Below the pieces are notes generated by a model. That model had not been told where the DNA came from, searched no databases, and saw nothing but the letters and a program-made list of their open reading frames with translations. Positions 40,640 to 52,699 of a stretch of 64,000 bases of DNA are shown here, piece by piece. Source of the DNA: Octopus sinensis (lineage: Eukaryota); NCBI RefSeq assembly GCF_006345805.1, contig NC_043003.1, forward strand, positions 9,734,001 through 9,798,000, read 5' to 3'. The position numbers and the translations under genes are program-made. Position 1 is the first letter of the stretch, and every line of letters begins with the position of its first letter.

Positions 40640-41100
40640 TTTCAAATTTTGGCACAAGGCCAGCAAATTCTGGGTGGGAGGGGTGATTTGGTGAATTAGG
40701 TCGATTATATCGATCCCAGTGCTAAGGCGGCGAGCTGGCAGAAACGTTAGCACGCTGGGCGAAATGCGTAGCTGTATTTCGTCTGCCGTTACGTTCTGAG
40801 TTCAAATTCCGCCGAGGTCGACTTTGCCTTTCATCCTTTCGGGGTCGATAAATTAAGTACCAGTTACGCACTGGGGTCGACGTAATCCGTTTGTCTGTCC
40901 ATGTTTGTCCCCTCTGTGTTTAGCCTCTTGTGGGTAGTAAAGAAATATATATCGATCCCAGTGCTTAACTGCTACTTATCTTATCGACCCCGAAAGGGTG
41001 AAATGCAAAATCGATCCCGACGGAATGCGAAGTTGGTAGAAATGCAGCTAAGCCTCGTGTGCGGCGTGGTAACGATTTTGCTGGCTCGTTGTCTGCCGAA
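40640..41100 (-). mobile_element. Old SINE A2, interrupted by a young SINE A
   Basis: The A2 tail (40640-40723) and core/head (40948-41100) are contiguous once the insert is removed. Confidence 0.65.
40724..40947 (+). mobile_element. SINE family A, nested insertion
   Basis: 18-bp TSD TATATCGATCCCAGTGCT at 40706-40723 and 40948-40965. Confidence 0.92.
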
Positions 41101-41660
41101 TTCTGTAATATCAGTTTTTATTTACGGAAAGTTAAGCATTTGGGCAGTTGATGTAATTTTAACCACTTAATTTGTTCACTTGACTAACAGTTAATGAACT
41201 TAACATTATGATATATTATAAGCAGAGTTAATGTTAAAGGTGACACATTAATAATATTGGGTTTCTCTTGTTAGATAACTAATTTATATCCCATTATCTC
41301 TGATTTCGATCTAAAATAAAATTGTTAATTTGCTCATTTTTGGCATTAATTGTTGCTTCTCTATTTTGTTTTGATTTATCGAATCTATCCTATATTCTAG
41401 TATTTTGTGTAAAACAATTCCTGGTGCAGTTCTTATGTATGATTTATATTTTTTTTTCTTGAATGATATATTTTTTGATTTTACGCCATTGTTCCTTGTT
41501 TCTCACGGCAGCTTAGTTCGTTGGGAAAATTTATAATCTGCTTTGAATTTCTGAACGCACCTTTTGTCTTCGTATAACTTCGGTGTATCATGAAATGATG
41601 AAACTTTGATTTGGACTTTCGTATGTTGAAATTAAGACTTGTTCATACAGAGAGACAGCC

Positions 41661-42035
41661 TTATTTACATTATTTACAATTGACGGATATTTGTCCTCAT
41701 CTTGTTTGTTGTTAACTCAAGGTTTCGGCTGAGACATCCTCCAGCCTTCATCAGGCATATGGCGTAGTAGCTAAGACCGCGGGCTACTAACCCCAAGATT
41801 CCGAGTTCGATTCCAAGCAGTGACCTGAACAATAATAATAATAGTAATAACAACATCGAAAAATACCTTAGGAATGAGAACCCAGGTTCGAAATTTCCCC
41901 AAGACACTTGATGAAGGCTGTAGGGTATATCAGCCGAAACGTTGTGTTAACAACAAACAAGATGAGAACAAGTATCCGTCAATTGTAAAGAATGTCAATA
42001 ATGTACATACTTCCTCATCTCTTAAACATAGAACC
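41661..42035 (+). mobile_element. SINE family D, full copy (about 41756-42035) preceded by an inverted copy of its own 3' end (41661-41755)
   Basis: tRNA A box (TGGCGTAGT..CTAAG) and B box (GAGTTCGATTCC). 41661-41755 is the reverse complement of about 41907-42005. Confidence 0.85.
41903..41948 (+). ncRNA. Minimal type I hammerhead motif (C3U in this copy)
   Basis: GACAC-TTGATGA-A-GGCTG(10 nt)CAGCC-GAA-ACGT-T-GTGTT. Sister copies at 41714-41754(-) and 26688-26731(-) retain CTGATGA. Confidence 0.75.
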
Positions 42036-42036
42036 G

Positions 42037-42421
42037 TGGAGGCGCAATGGCCCAGTGGTTAGGGCAGCGGACTCGCGGTCATAGGATCGCGGTTTCGATT
42101 CCCACACCGGGCGTTGTGAGTGTTTATTGAGCGAAAACACCTAAAAGCTCCACGAGGCTCCGGCAGGGGATGGTGGTGATCTCTGCTGTACTCTTTCACC
42201 ACAACTTTCTCTCACTCTTACTTCCTGTTTCTGTTGTACCTGTATTTCAAAGGGCCCGCCTTGTCACTCTCTGTGTCACGCTGAATATCCCCGAGAACTA
42301 CGTTAAGTGTACATGTGTCTGTGGAGTGCTCAGTCACTTACACGTTAATTTCACGAGCAGGCTGTTCCGTTGATTCGGATCAACCGGAACCCTTATCGTC
42401 GTAACCGACGGAGTGCTTCCA
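42037..42421 (+). mobile_element. SINE family C1, full length
   Basis: Family C consensus. Approximate TSD ACATAGAAC. Confidence 0.9.
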
Positions 42422-42973
42422 AAAATACATAGAACTTTATCACATAGACAACCTTATATGCAGCTTTTGCCCAGGACTCATTTTCTACCTTCCTCCTAGA
42501 GTTACTTTGCTCATCATCATCAGTATGTGGTTGAGCTTCCTCAGCCTTTTTAAACCTGTACTCGCCATCCATATCGGTCCTGTATTATTTGAGGGAGGTC
42601 TTCGGGGATGCATCGAGTGTCTCTGGGGCGTTGATCTACATACGTTGTGTTCTAACATGTTCCAGAACGGCGATGCATGCATGGCCGTACGTCGCGCAAC
42701 ATGCCTTAATTTCTATGCTCATGTCAAAAGACGTTTTATGTAAACAGAAATGCCTCCGTGTTTTTGGCTTTTCTGTGTTGTTTCTTATTCTCCACAACTT
42801 GTCCCTATCGTTCGATCTACTCTTTCATCGACATCTTCGTCTTAACATTTTATCTGTTGTTGTATTTCGAGTCTGCTCCTTTATACCTCCAAATACAGCC
42901 ACGCCTTTGAATATATCACAAAACAGTACGGGATGGTCTTCATCGAGTATGTATCTCCTGCGGTAATGTGGAT

Positions 42974-43207
42974 AAGGCGGCGAGCTGGCAGAAACGTTAG
43001 CGCGCCGGGCGAAATGCGTAGCCGTATTTCGTCTGCCGTTACGTTCTGAGTTAATTCCGCCGAGGTCGACTTTGCCTTTCATCCTTTCGGGGTCGATTAA
43101 ATAAGTACCAGTTACGCACTGGGGTCGTTGTAATCGACTTAATCCGCCTGTCTGTCCTTGTTTGTCCTCTCTGTGTTTAGCCCCTTGTGGGTAGTAAAGA
43201 AATAGGT
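42974..43207 (+). mobile_element. SINE family A, full length
   Basis: 12-bp TSD GGTAATGTGGAT at 42962-42973 and 43205-43216. Confidence 0.92.
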
Positions 43208-43500
43208 AATGTGGATTAGGGACATTGGTTCATAGGAGTTGTCATTTTTGTTGTTTTGATTTCATCCATGACCATCCCATGCAAGCGTCATACATTTAAT
43301 TCTATATTGTACGATGTAATTTTACATATATCATTTGATAACGTTACAGTGTAGTTTCAGGCAACTTTAGTAGCTGACACCATGGGATTGAGTATTCTTT
43401 TGGGAAGATGACGAAATGTGAAAGATATTTCGTCAGTGACTAATGAGCGATTAAGCATGTTTCTGCTCTTGTGTTTTTGTAATGTATATATGTATATATA

Positions 43501-43675
43501 CACCATCTCTTCAGTTGTCTGAAGAGATGGTGGTGTTGATTTCCACCTCGGCATCCGAAACTCAGAGTTTTATCTCGGCTACCGAATAATTGTCACATAT
43601 TATTTTACAGATAAATTTCCTCTATTTACATAATATTGAGGTCTCTTTCTTTCTTTTGTTATCTTACCGTTTTTA

Positions 43676-43680
<5 letters not shown>
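43501..43680 (+). mobile_element. Short element H5 with hammerhead-like motif and 5' fold-back, between (TA)n tracts
   Basis: CACCATCTCTTCAG (43501-43514) is the exact reverse complement of 43519-43532. Motif: CTGAAGA-GATG...CATC-C-GAA-ACTC-A-GAGT-T. Confidence 0.6.
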
Positions 43681-43710
<30 letters not shown>

Positions 43711-44432
43711 TCGGTGTGTGTGTGTGTATGAATATACATATACACAAACACATACATGTTAAAGTACGGAACTGAAAGGTCTTCAACGCTAGACCGCGAT
43801 TTTTAGCTTCATTTGTCTTGGTCAGAGAATCGTGAGGAATGAACTGGCATTTGCCAGTAAATATATAGAATTTCAATCAAAGAAGTTATTTACGACGTGG
43901 AAATGCTGCCAATTTTCTGAAAATATTCTTCTCTCCGTTCCTATCGTCAAACCTCGGTTAGTTGCCAAAGTCATCTCATTTCTTTGTTACCGGAGAACAT
44001 TTTGATAAACTGACAGCTTTCCCGTAGCGAACATTTCTTTTAAAGTGCGATGGTTGTATGGCTGAGATTGTACGTATTTTAATACTATCTCTCATGAGGC
44101 CGGATGACACTCCGTTGAATTTCGAGTCTCCGAATAAGAGCTAAAACAAATCCATATATAGTATTTTTAATATGTCACTCTGTTCAAATTACTCTAAGTA
44201 TGAGAATATTCGAATGTAAGACACCAATATCTAAACTGATTGCATGAAAGATATGAAGATAAAATACTTCTATACGAGTATCTTTCTGTATTTTGAACGA
44301 ATAATCAACTACAAATGACAAATATAGGGAGATAAACACAGTCAGGCTTGATACTTATAATTTACATGGGGCACAAAACTTGCACCCATTGAAATAACGA
44401 ATATATATATATATATGTATGTATATTTGTGT

Positions 44433-44722
44433 AGGCAATGGCCCAGTGGTTAGCGCGGTGGTTGTAGGATCGCGGTTTCGATTCCCAGATCTGGCGTTGT
44501 GAGTGTTTACTGAGCAAAAACACCTAAAGCTCCACGAGGCTCCGGAAGGGGGTGGTGGCAGTCCCTGCTGTATTCTTTCGCCACAAATTTCTCTTGCTCT
44601 TTTTTCTGTTGGCCTGCTCGCTTAGCCAGCGGGGTGGCGCCATTTGAAGGCTAAAACAATGTGAAGTGCATTGTGACCAGCGATGTGTAGCAACATCTGA
44701 TAACCTGGTCGGTCACGGTGAT
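44433..44722 (+). mobile_element. SINE family C head with alternative tail C2
   Basis: Family C head and middle, then GCTTAGCCAGCGGGGTGGC...CCTGGTCGGTCACGGTGATA. Confidence 0.8.
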
Positions 44723-45473
44723 ATATATATTTACACTCGTTGCCTTATTTTATACACTGTGTCTTTTGGGTTCCATGTAAATGTATCTATATCAAACCCA
44801 ATTCTACTTGTCTACCTGCTAGCCTACATTCCAGCTTGATCTGTATTTCCCTTTCGGCCAATACTGATGTTGTGGGCCTTGCCCTGCAAGAAGAATCAGA
44901 ATTTAAGTTCCCATTCATTTGGGCACCACTACTTTTCATCTATACTAAGTTCATTTGACTCATCCCAACCCACTATATATTGAATAGTAAGAAGTAATGT
45001 AGTTCGCAAATGGTAGTACGATTCGGGAACTGTGATCAATAAATTATTGAAGTATTATTATAGCCAATAATAATTTCTCTCTGCTTGTCTCTGTTTATCT
45101 ATATACCTATATCTATGTATATATGAATGTATATATATGTTTATATGTATGCTTGTGAATTACATATATATATATCTGTGTACGTGTGTGTGCGTGTGTG
45201 TATATACAATGTTTTTATGTTCAGGTATAATAAATACAACTTTAATTTAATATGGCGGCATATTGTATACTTTCGTAGAGTACAGATTTGTTATACTTAA
45301 ATAAGAATATTATATATGCATATGTATATATATATATAATATTATATGCATATATATATTTCCATATATATGTACATATATACAAACATATGTATATATA
45401 TATATATATATAAATGTATGAATGAATATATACACAGATATATAATATATATCTTTTATATATATTTATACAC

Positions 45474-45475
<2 letters not shown>

Positions 45476-45519
<44 letters not shown>

Positions 45520-45660
45520 TTTTAGATAGATAGATAGTTGGTTAGATAGACAGAAAGACAGACAGACAGGCAGTCAGACAGATTGACCGACCGACCTACC
45601 GACCAGCCGATCGATCGATCGATCGATAGATAGACAGATAGATAGATACATAGATATGCA
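45476..45660. repeat. (TAGA)n/(CAGA)n microsatellite
   Basis: Direct inspection. Confidence 0.9.
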
Positions 45661-46097
45661 GACATATACATGCGTGTCTATCTGTGTGTGGCGTATATAT
45701 AACATAAGTGTATGCATACATTTCAACTAATGTAAATTTAAGAAGGAAAAAACAAAACATTATTTATATAAAATAGATACAGTCTGGAATTTTCATAAGG
45801 ATATATATGAAATATATATATCAGACGATCTAGCAGACTCCGCTAGTGATAAAAGTGGCTTTCAGTTCAAAAATGTTGTAGATCAAAGACACATTATTCG
45901 AAATATATCTCTGATCAAAGGAAAAACAATAGTAAAAATATACGGAAATTTAGACTTGAGGGTTACACTATGAAGTTAATATGATGCAGTAAAGTTACTC
46001 TGTAATATACACACGCAATACATAGCACACACAAACACACACTAATGCAGAAACAAACACGAACATACACAAGCAAATATTTATCTCGCTACACATG

Positions 46098-46141
<44 letters not shown>

Positions 46142-46144
<3 letters not shown>

Positions 46145-46612
46145 GCTGAGCTACTGGGAGAGACTGAGAGAGATACGACTCTACTCTCTGGAGCGAAGAC
46201 GGGAAAGGTATGCAGTGATATATGTATGGAAGAGACTGGGGGGCTGGCGTCCAAACTTTGGAATTGAGAGTTATGCCAGACCTGGAAATGGACGTCACTG
46301 CACTGTTCCAAAGTCCCAGTTGTCTGAATAGGGCGAGAACCATGTACTGCAATAGGTTGGGATTTAAGTGTCCACAGCTATTTAACGCCTCGCCAAAACA
46401 TCAGAAGGACCTCCATGGAGTGGGAGTAGATGCTTTCAGAATCCCAGATGAACCAATATCAAGACAGGAAACTCAAAAGAGGGCAGCGATATCGAACTCC
46501 CACCTTCACCAAAAGCCAAACCCATAGAATTGGCCAATTAAGGTGATTACAATGGCGGTGACCCAGCATGGCCGCATCCTCAGGGCTAAACGTATAAAAC
46601 AATAAAAGAATA
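46142..46612 (+). mobile_element. CR1/L2-group LINE 3' fragment, different subfamily
   Basis: LSYWERLREIRLYSLERRRERYAVIYVWK...FKCPQLFN...RIPDEP, frameshifted. Flanked by (TA)n. Confidence 0.8.
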
Positions 46613-46613
46613 C

Positions 46614-46688
<75 letters not shown>

Positions 46689-46782
46689 GTAAATGTTTGG
46701 ATTATATGCAAACATCCATATATCTATCTATAAATATATGAGTGCATGTATATAGGTATGTTGATGTGTGTGTGTATATATA

Positions 46783-46818
<36 letters not shown>

Positions 46819-46820
<2 letters not shown>

Positions 46821-47425
46821 GATATAGGATACATTTTTTTAGGGGAAAAAATTTTATCAATGGCCAGCATATCAAAAAATGCCTTTAAAGGTAAAATTTA
46901 TACATAATTTACAAGATAGGGGCAGAAGAAAAATTCTAATGCTAGATACGCGAAAACAAAAAATTGTCGATAATCATTAAATTCATGCGTCTCGAAACAA
47001 ACCGATAGAAATCTCTAAAAAAAATTCGTTATTACCGTATTGGTCAAATTTTGGGGTTAATTCACAAGAATTTTGGGGTTAATTCACATTTTCACCTCTT
47101 CAGCGGCACATACGCGAGATATAAATGAAATACTTATTCATACCCACGGAAGAAGCAAGCACCAAGTCCCGATCAGACTTAAGTACCCCAAATATATCCA
47201 AAATAGAAAAATCTTCGGCGCACCTCCAGACACGTGTGATTCGAACTAGAAACTTTCACAGAGTGATAGAATCCGCAAGTGAACACTAGTCTATTTATAT
47301 TTGATATAGGATAAACTTTTTTTCGGGAAAACAATTTTATCAATGGCCAGCATATCAAAAAATGCCTTTAAAGGTAAAATTTATACAAATTTACAAGATA
47401 AGGGCAAAGCCTTTATCTTGTAATT

Positions 47426-47426
<1 letters not shown>
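46819..47426. repeat. 482-bp unit with a 105-bp direct terminal repeat and a terminal hairpin
   Basis: 46819-46923 is repeated at 47301-47405. 47388-47405 is inverted at 47409-47426. (TA)n lies on both sides. Confidence 0.85.
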
Positions 47427-47481
<55 letters not shown>

Positions 47482-47495
47482 GTATTCTTGTAAAT

Positions 47496-47526
<31 letters not shown>

Positions 47527-47529
47527 ATT

Positions 47530-47751
47530 CACGTTCAAAATGTGACCGCGTGAGTACCGTTGGCGATGTTTTTTCCTCCGTCTTCCCTTCTCTGGATCTT
47601 TCCTTTTCCTATGTTTCTGACGAAGAGCTCCGCTCGAAACGTAAAACCCTCCTTCTTCCTTTCCTTCCTGAGCGTCCAATAATACTATATTTGTTCCACG
47701 TCCTCGCGTTGTTGTGTTTTCTCTTTGTGTTTTCATGTTTGGATTAACTTT
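47530..47751 (+). mobile_element. Short hammerhead-bearing element, family H3
   Basis: Closely related copy at 49760-49952 with similar ends. Both lie in TA/TG tracts. Confidence 0.75.
47613..47647 (+). ncRNA. Minimal type I hammerhead ribozyme with an intact core
   Basis: GTTT-CTGACGA-A-GAGC(TCC)GCTC-GAA-ACGT-A-AAAC: stem I 4 bp, stem II 4 bp, palindromic ACGU in place of stem III, GUA site. Confidence 0.8.
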
Positions 47752-48309
47752 ATATATATATATATATATATATTTCAAAAAACTAAAAAGTACAATGTCC
47801 TGATTACCAAAAATACCCTTATTGTAACCTGGTGTCCTCCACCGCTTCTTCTCTCACTATAGTGATCTTTGGAATCAAGCAAAACTGCGTAGAAGAAAAC
47901 ATTCAAGTTTACAATACGTCTTAAGGCTTCGTTAGAAAATGTAGTCTTAACAAATCATTCAACGAATGAGAGTCCGAGTAAACGGAGAATATAGATATAC
48001 AGAAAATAAAGATTCAAATTTTGGAACAAGCGCCACCAATATGGAGGGAGGGGGTCAGTCGATTACATCGAACCCTGTTCTCATCCCTTAATTTATTGAA
48101 TCCCAAAAGGACGAAAGGCAAAGTGAAGCTTGGCAGAATTTGAGCTCGGAATGTAAAGATGGAAGAAATGTTGTTACTCTTAATGTCCGGCATAATAATC
48201 AATCTGTCAGTTCACTGCGTTAGATAGAAAAAAATAATAAAAAAGAAAACATTATGGAAAGGTGTGTAAAAGATTAAGCATATGAATTTATGTGTCTCTA
48301 ATTTGTGTG

Positions 48310-48673
48310 TCCCACTGCATGGCACTTTGGCCAAGTGTCTTCTACTATAGCCTCGGGCCGACCAAAGCCTTGTGAGTGGATTTGGTAGACGGAAACTGAA
48401 AGAAGCCTGTCGTATATATGTATATATATATATATATGTGTGTGTGTATGTGTTTGTGTGTATGTGTTTGTCCCCCTAGCATTGCTTGACAACCGATGCT
48501 GGTGTGTTTACGTCCCCGTCACTTAGCGGTTCTGCAAAAGAGCCCGAGAGAATAAGTACTGGGCTTACAAAGAATAAGTCCCGGGGTTAATTTGCTCGAC
48601 TAAAGAGACGGTGCTCCAGCATGGCCGCAGTAAAATGACTGAAACAAGTAAAAGAGTAAAGAGTAAAGAGTAA
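48310..48673 (+). mobile_element. SINE family B, 5' truncated, (AAAGAGT)3 tail
   Basis: Family B body with a tandem-repeat 3' tail. Confidence 0.88.
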
Positions 48674-49192
48674 TCGAAAATGTAAAAGGATAAATAAGAA
48701 ATTGGAAGATTGGTATATTTGCAAGGAATTCACGACAATGTATGGTTTCTAAATTGTACAACGGTGACAGGGGAAAAATTTAATTTAATAGAATGGAATT
48801 TTGTAGAAATGGACACGAACAATGTGTTCTGTTGCGGACGTTGTTTAAGATAATCTTATAATGTAGAAAGAAACTGTATGAATGATTGCACGTCCGTATG
48901 CATGAGAATATGTATGTATGTATATATCTTTTTATTTGTCCATGCGTCTATGTGTGTGTTTGGTCTTGTAATTTTGCACATGAGTATATGTGTGCACGTG
49001 TCTTTAGCTGAGGTAAATGAAAACTATATAATAAAACGGTGATATATATATATATATATAATATATATATATATATAATATATATATATATATACATAAT
49101 ATATACATATATATACATATACATATACATACATATATACATATATATAACCATACATACATATACATACATATACATATATATACATATAC

Positions 49193-49223
<31 letters not shown>

Positions 49224-49277
49224 ATATTTAAATATATATATATACATATATTATACACATATACATACATATATATC

Positions 49278-49308
<31 letters not shown>

Positions 49309-49544
49309 TATATATACATATATAGATTAATGTAGACTTACCTTGCATTCAATATTTAGGTGTTATGACCCCATTTTCAAGAAATTAACCGCAACATTCG
49401 TTAATTTCTTGAAGAAGGCATAACCCTGAAATATTGTATGCAATGTAAGTCTACCTTGATTCATATATTTGTTTTCTTGTGATTTGCCTTGCATTACTTT
49501 TATGGCCTTATCCACGATCGTTTTTACTATATATATATATATAT

Positions 49545-49589
<45 letters not shown>

Positions 49590-49699
49590 ATATTATAATA
49601 TATATATATATATTATATATATATGTAGATATATATTATATGTATGTATGTAGATATATATATATATAGGTATAATAATATATATGTAGTTATATATAT

Positions 49700-49758
<59 letters not shown>

Positions 49759-49759
49759 A

Positions 49760-49952
49760 GGGCCGCGTGTGTACCGTTTGCGATTTTTTCCCTCTGTCTT
49801 CCCTTCTCTGGATCTTTCTTCTCTTAAGTTCCGACGAAGAGCTCCGCTCGAAACGTTATACCCTCCTACTTCCCTTCCTTCCTGAGCGTCCAATAATACT
49901 ATATTTGTTCCACGTCCTCACGTTGTTGTGTTTTCATGTTTGGATTCACTTT
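49760..49952 (+). mobile_element. Family H3, second copy (degenerate hammerhead)
   Basis: CCGACGA-A-GAGC(TCC)GCTC-GAA-ACGT-T at 49831-49857; stem I is disrupted. Confidence 0.75.
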
Positions 49953-50011
49953 AATATATATAATATATATATATATATATAATATATATATATATATATT
50001 ATATATATTAT

Positions 50012-50045
<34 letters not shown>

Positions 50046-50098
50046 ATATTATATTATGTATATATATACATGGATATATATATATGTATATAGATATG

Positions 50099-50132
<34 letters not shown>

Positions 50133-50138
50133 TGTATG

Positions 50139-50174
<36 letters not shown>

Positions 50175-50258
50175 GTATATATATATGTATGTATATATAT
50201 ATGTATATATATGTATATATATATAATATGATATATTATATATATATGTATATATAAT

Positions 50259-50314
<56 letters not shown>

Positions 50315-50384
50315 TATATTGTATATATATATATACTATATATATATATAATAGTATATATATATATATAATATAGTATATTAT

Positions 50385-50421
<37 letters not shown>

Positions 50422-50442
50422 TAATATATATGTATATTATAA

Positions 50443-50473
<31 letters not shown>

Positions 50474-50520
50474 TATAATATAGATATATATAATATAATA
50501 TATATATATATATATATATA
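49953..50520. repeat. Long interrupted (TA)n tract
   Basis: Direct inspection. It is one of more than 40 TA tracts in the window. Confidence 0.95.
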
Positions 50521-51063
50521 ATCGGTTATTAATTGAGATTCTAGTGAATTCTAAAGAATTCACATGAATATGGTCCTTAACTAGGATGCACCGATATCTA
50601 TATGGTGTTAACCATACGACAAGTGGGGTGATTACAATAGAAAAAAGCAACAAGAATGATTAAAAATCTCGGTACGATCGTTCGTACGAGGACATCTTTT
50701 AAGCTACAAAAAATGCAGTGAATACAGATGGCTCGTACTCGTCAGCCGAAAAAATATCAGAGAATTCCCAAACATCAAAAGGGGTAGATATAAAAGAGGT
50801 TGTAGGATTAACTGCATTGAAGAAAGTTCGATTCATGGAGATCCGATGAAAGGTTTTAAACCTGTAGAATTTATGCATGTCTACATATAGCTCATATTGG
50901 ATATTTGATCAAGTTGTGTGAAGAAATTTTCGGATACAGTCATGCAAAATTTCTGAAAATCCGAGTAAGAGGCAAAGTGACTGCCATATCATGTAGAGGA
51001 AAGTCTGAGTGACTGTCAGATCGTGTAGAGGAACAGATTGTTATTGAAATTTACAAGAATCGC

Positions 51064-51104
<41 letters not shown>

Positions 51105-52699
51105 GGTCGCGATTTGGCAGATTCGTTAGCACATAGAACGAAGTGCATAGCGGCATTTCTTTCGTTGTGAGTTTAAAGTCTACAAGGGACGCCTTTGTCT
51201 TTCATCCTTTGAGGATCGATAAAATAAATACCAGCTGTAATGTAATCGACTTAGATACATGCTCAAAAGCGGGATGTTCATTCTCGAGCGCCTTTATAAG
51301 TACTACTATCAATGCCTAAACAACAACAGCATTATCGATGAGAGTATTGTATACAGAATTGAAAGCCCATAGAAACTGGTCTGGAAAATCAATATATGCA
51401 AAATGGGCGAGTATACCGTAGAATAAAGATATGCTTACACGAAGATCGAGCTTAGTTTACATACTTCAACATTTCCTTTAATTCAGTGAAGATCGGGTGA
51501 ACTAGAAACGGCTTCAATTCACTTCCTTTTTCAATGTTACTTGCGTAAGAAATGGTTATGTGTGAAATGATCCGTAACGAATTTATTCGATTGAAGATTA
51601 TTGGAAGTAGCCACAACTGGAAATGTAATATCCTTAAAATTGTAATCATTCTAAATCGTTGTTGGTCAATTACATTATCAACGGAAACGGCAAATGGACA
51701 TCTATTTATGAGCGTTGTATTGAGATTAGAGTAAACGCTGTGACCACGGGTAGTTAAATTGCTCGTTAAACAGTAATTTTCCAACACTGAATAAATGTGG
51801 AACAAATATATCAATACAATTGTTGGATGTTGCAAGTGAATTCTCCAACATAGGAGACTTAGTTATGTACATGAGTGCATCAATAATAAGATATTCTCAT
51901 CTGTGCATTGTGCCCATTCGTGCACTAATTATTCAAGGATGTGAAGTATATGAAAGGCTAAATATTTAGACATGTGTTTATTCGAATGTAGAGGAAAGTT
52001 TTCACTAAGTATAAGTAGATTTAGAAGTGGTAATGCTCGATGGTTTATATAAACATACTTAAATACACGCGTGAAAATGTTTAATCGTCGGCGAGAGGGA
52101 ATATATAAATATTAAATAGAGGAGGAATACAAAGATTTTGCAAAAGCCTATAGTTGTGGTTAGCGCTGGTTGCTCTCGTGTTTCTGTTCTTTCATTGTAT
52201 TAGACAACACAAGAAATACGGGTGTGAAAATATAACCGTAAAAAAGCAATTAATACAAATGTATTACACACAAACACACATTTCTATAAAGAAACACATA
52301 TACATACTTACATACATATATACATACATACATACATACATACATACACATATATATATATATGCAAAACTGATCGTACAGACATATAGTGCGAAACCAA
52401 TCGCTTAGATTGGCCGCACTGGATACCCACTCCACTGACAAATATATCATCTGTTTCACAATATTCATCTGTTTCACAATGACAAGTAATGAATATATAT
52501 ATATATATATTCATTACTTGTCATTGCACTCATTCTGGCTTCAAACTAAATCGCCTACGCTTCGTACATTGTGAAACAGATGAATTTACATCTTAATACA
52601 GAAAATGTTAATGGCATGGAGTTCATTATATCAAAAATATTTGACCTTGACTTTGAAAGAGAAAAAGGAGCGCAGTTTACTGGAAGAACAGATTTTAGA

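Noticed and set aside
42480-42960. Possible LINE or host coding remnant interrupted by SINE A
   Set aside because: No recognisable domain motif in any frame.
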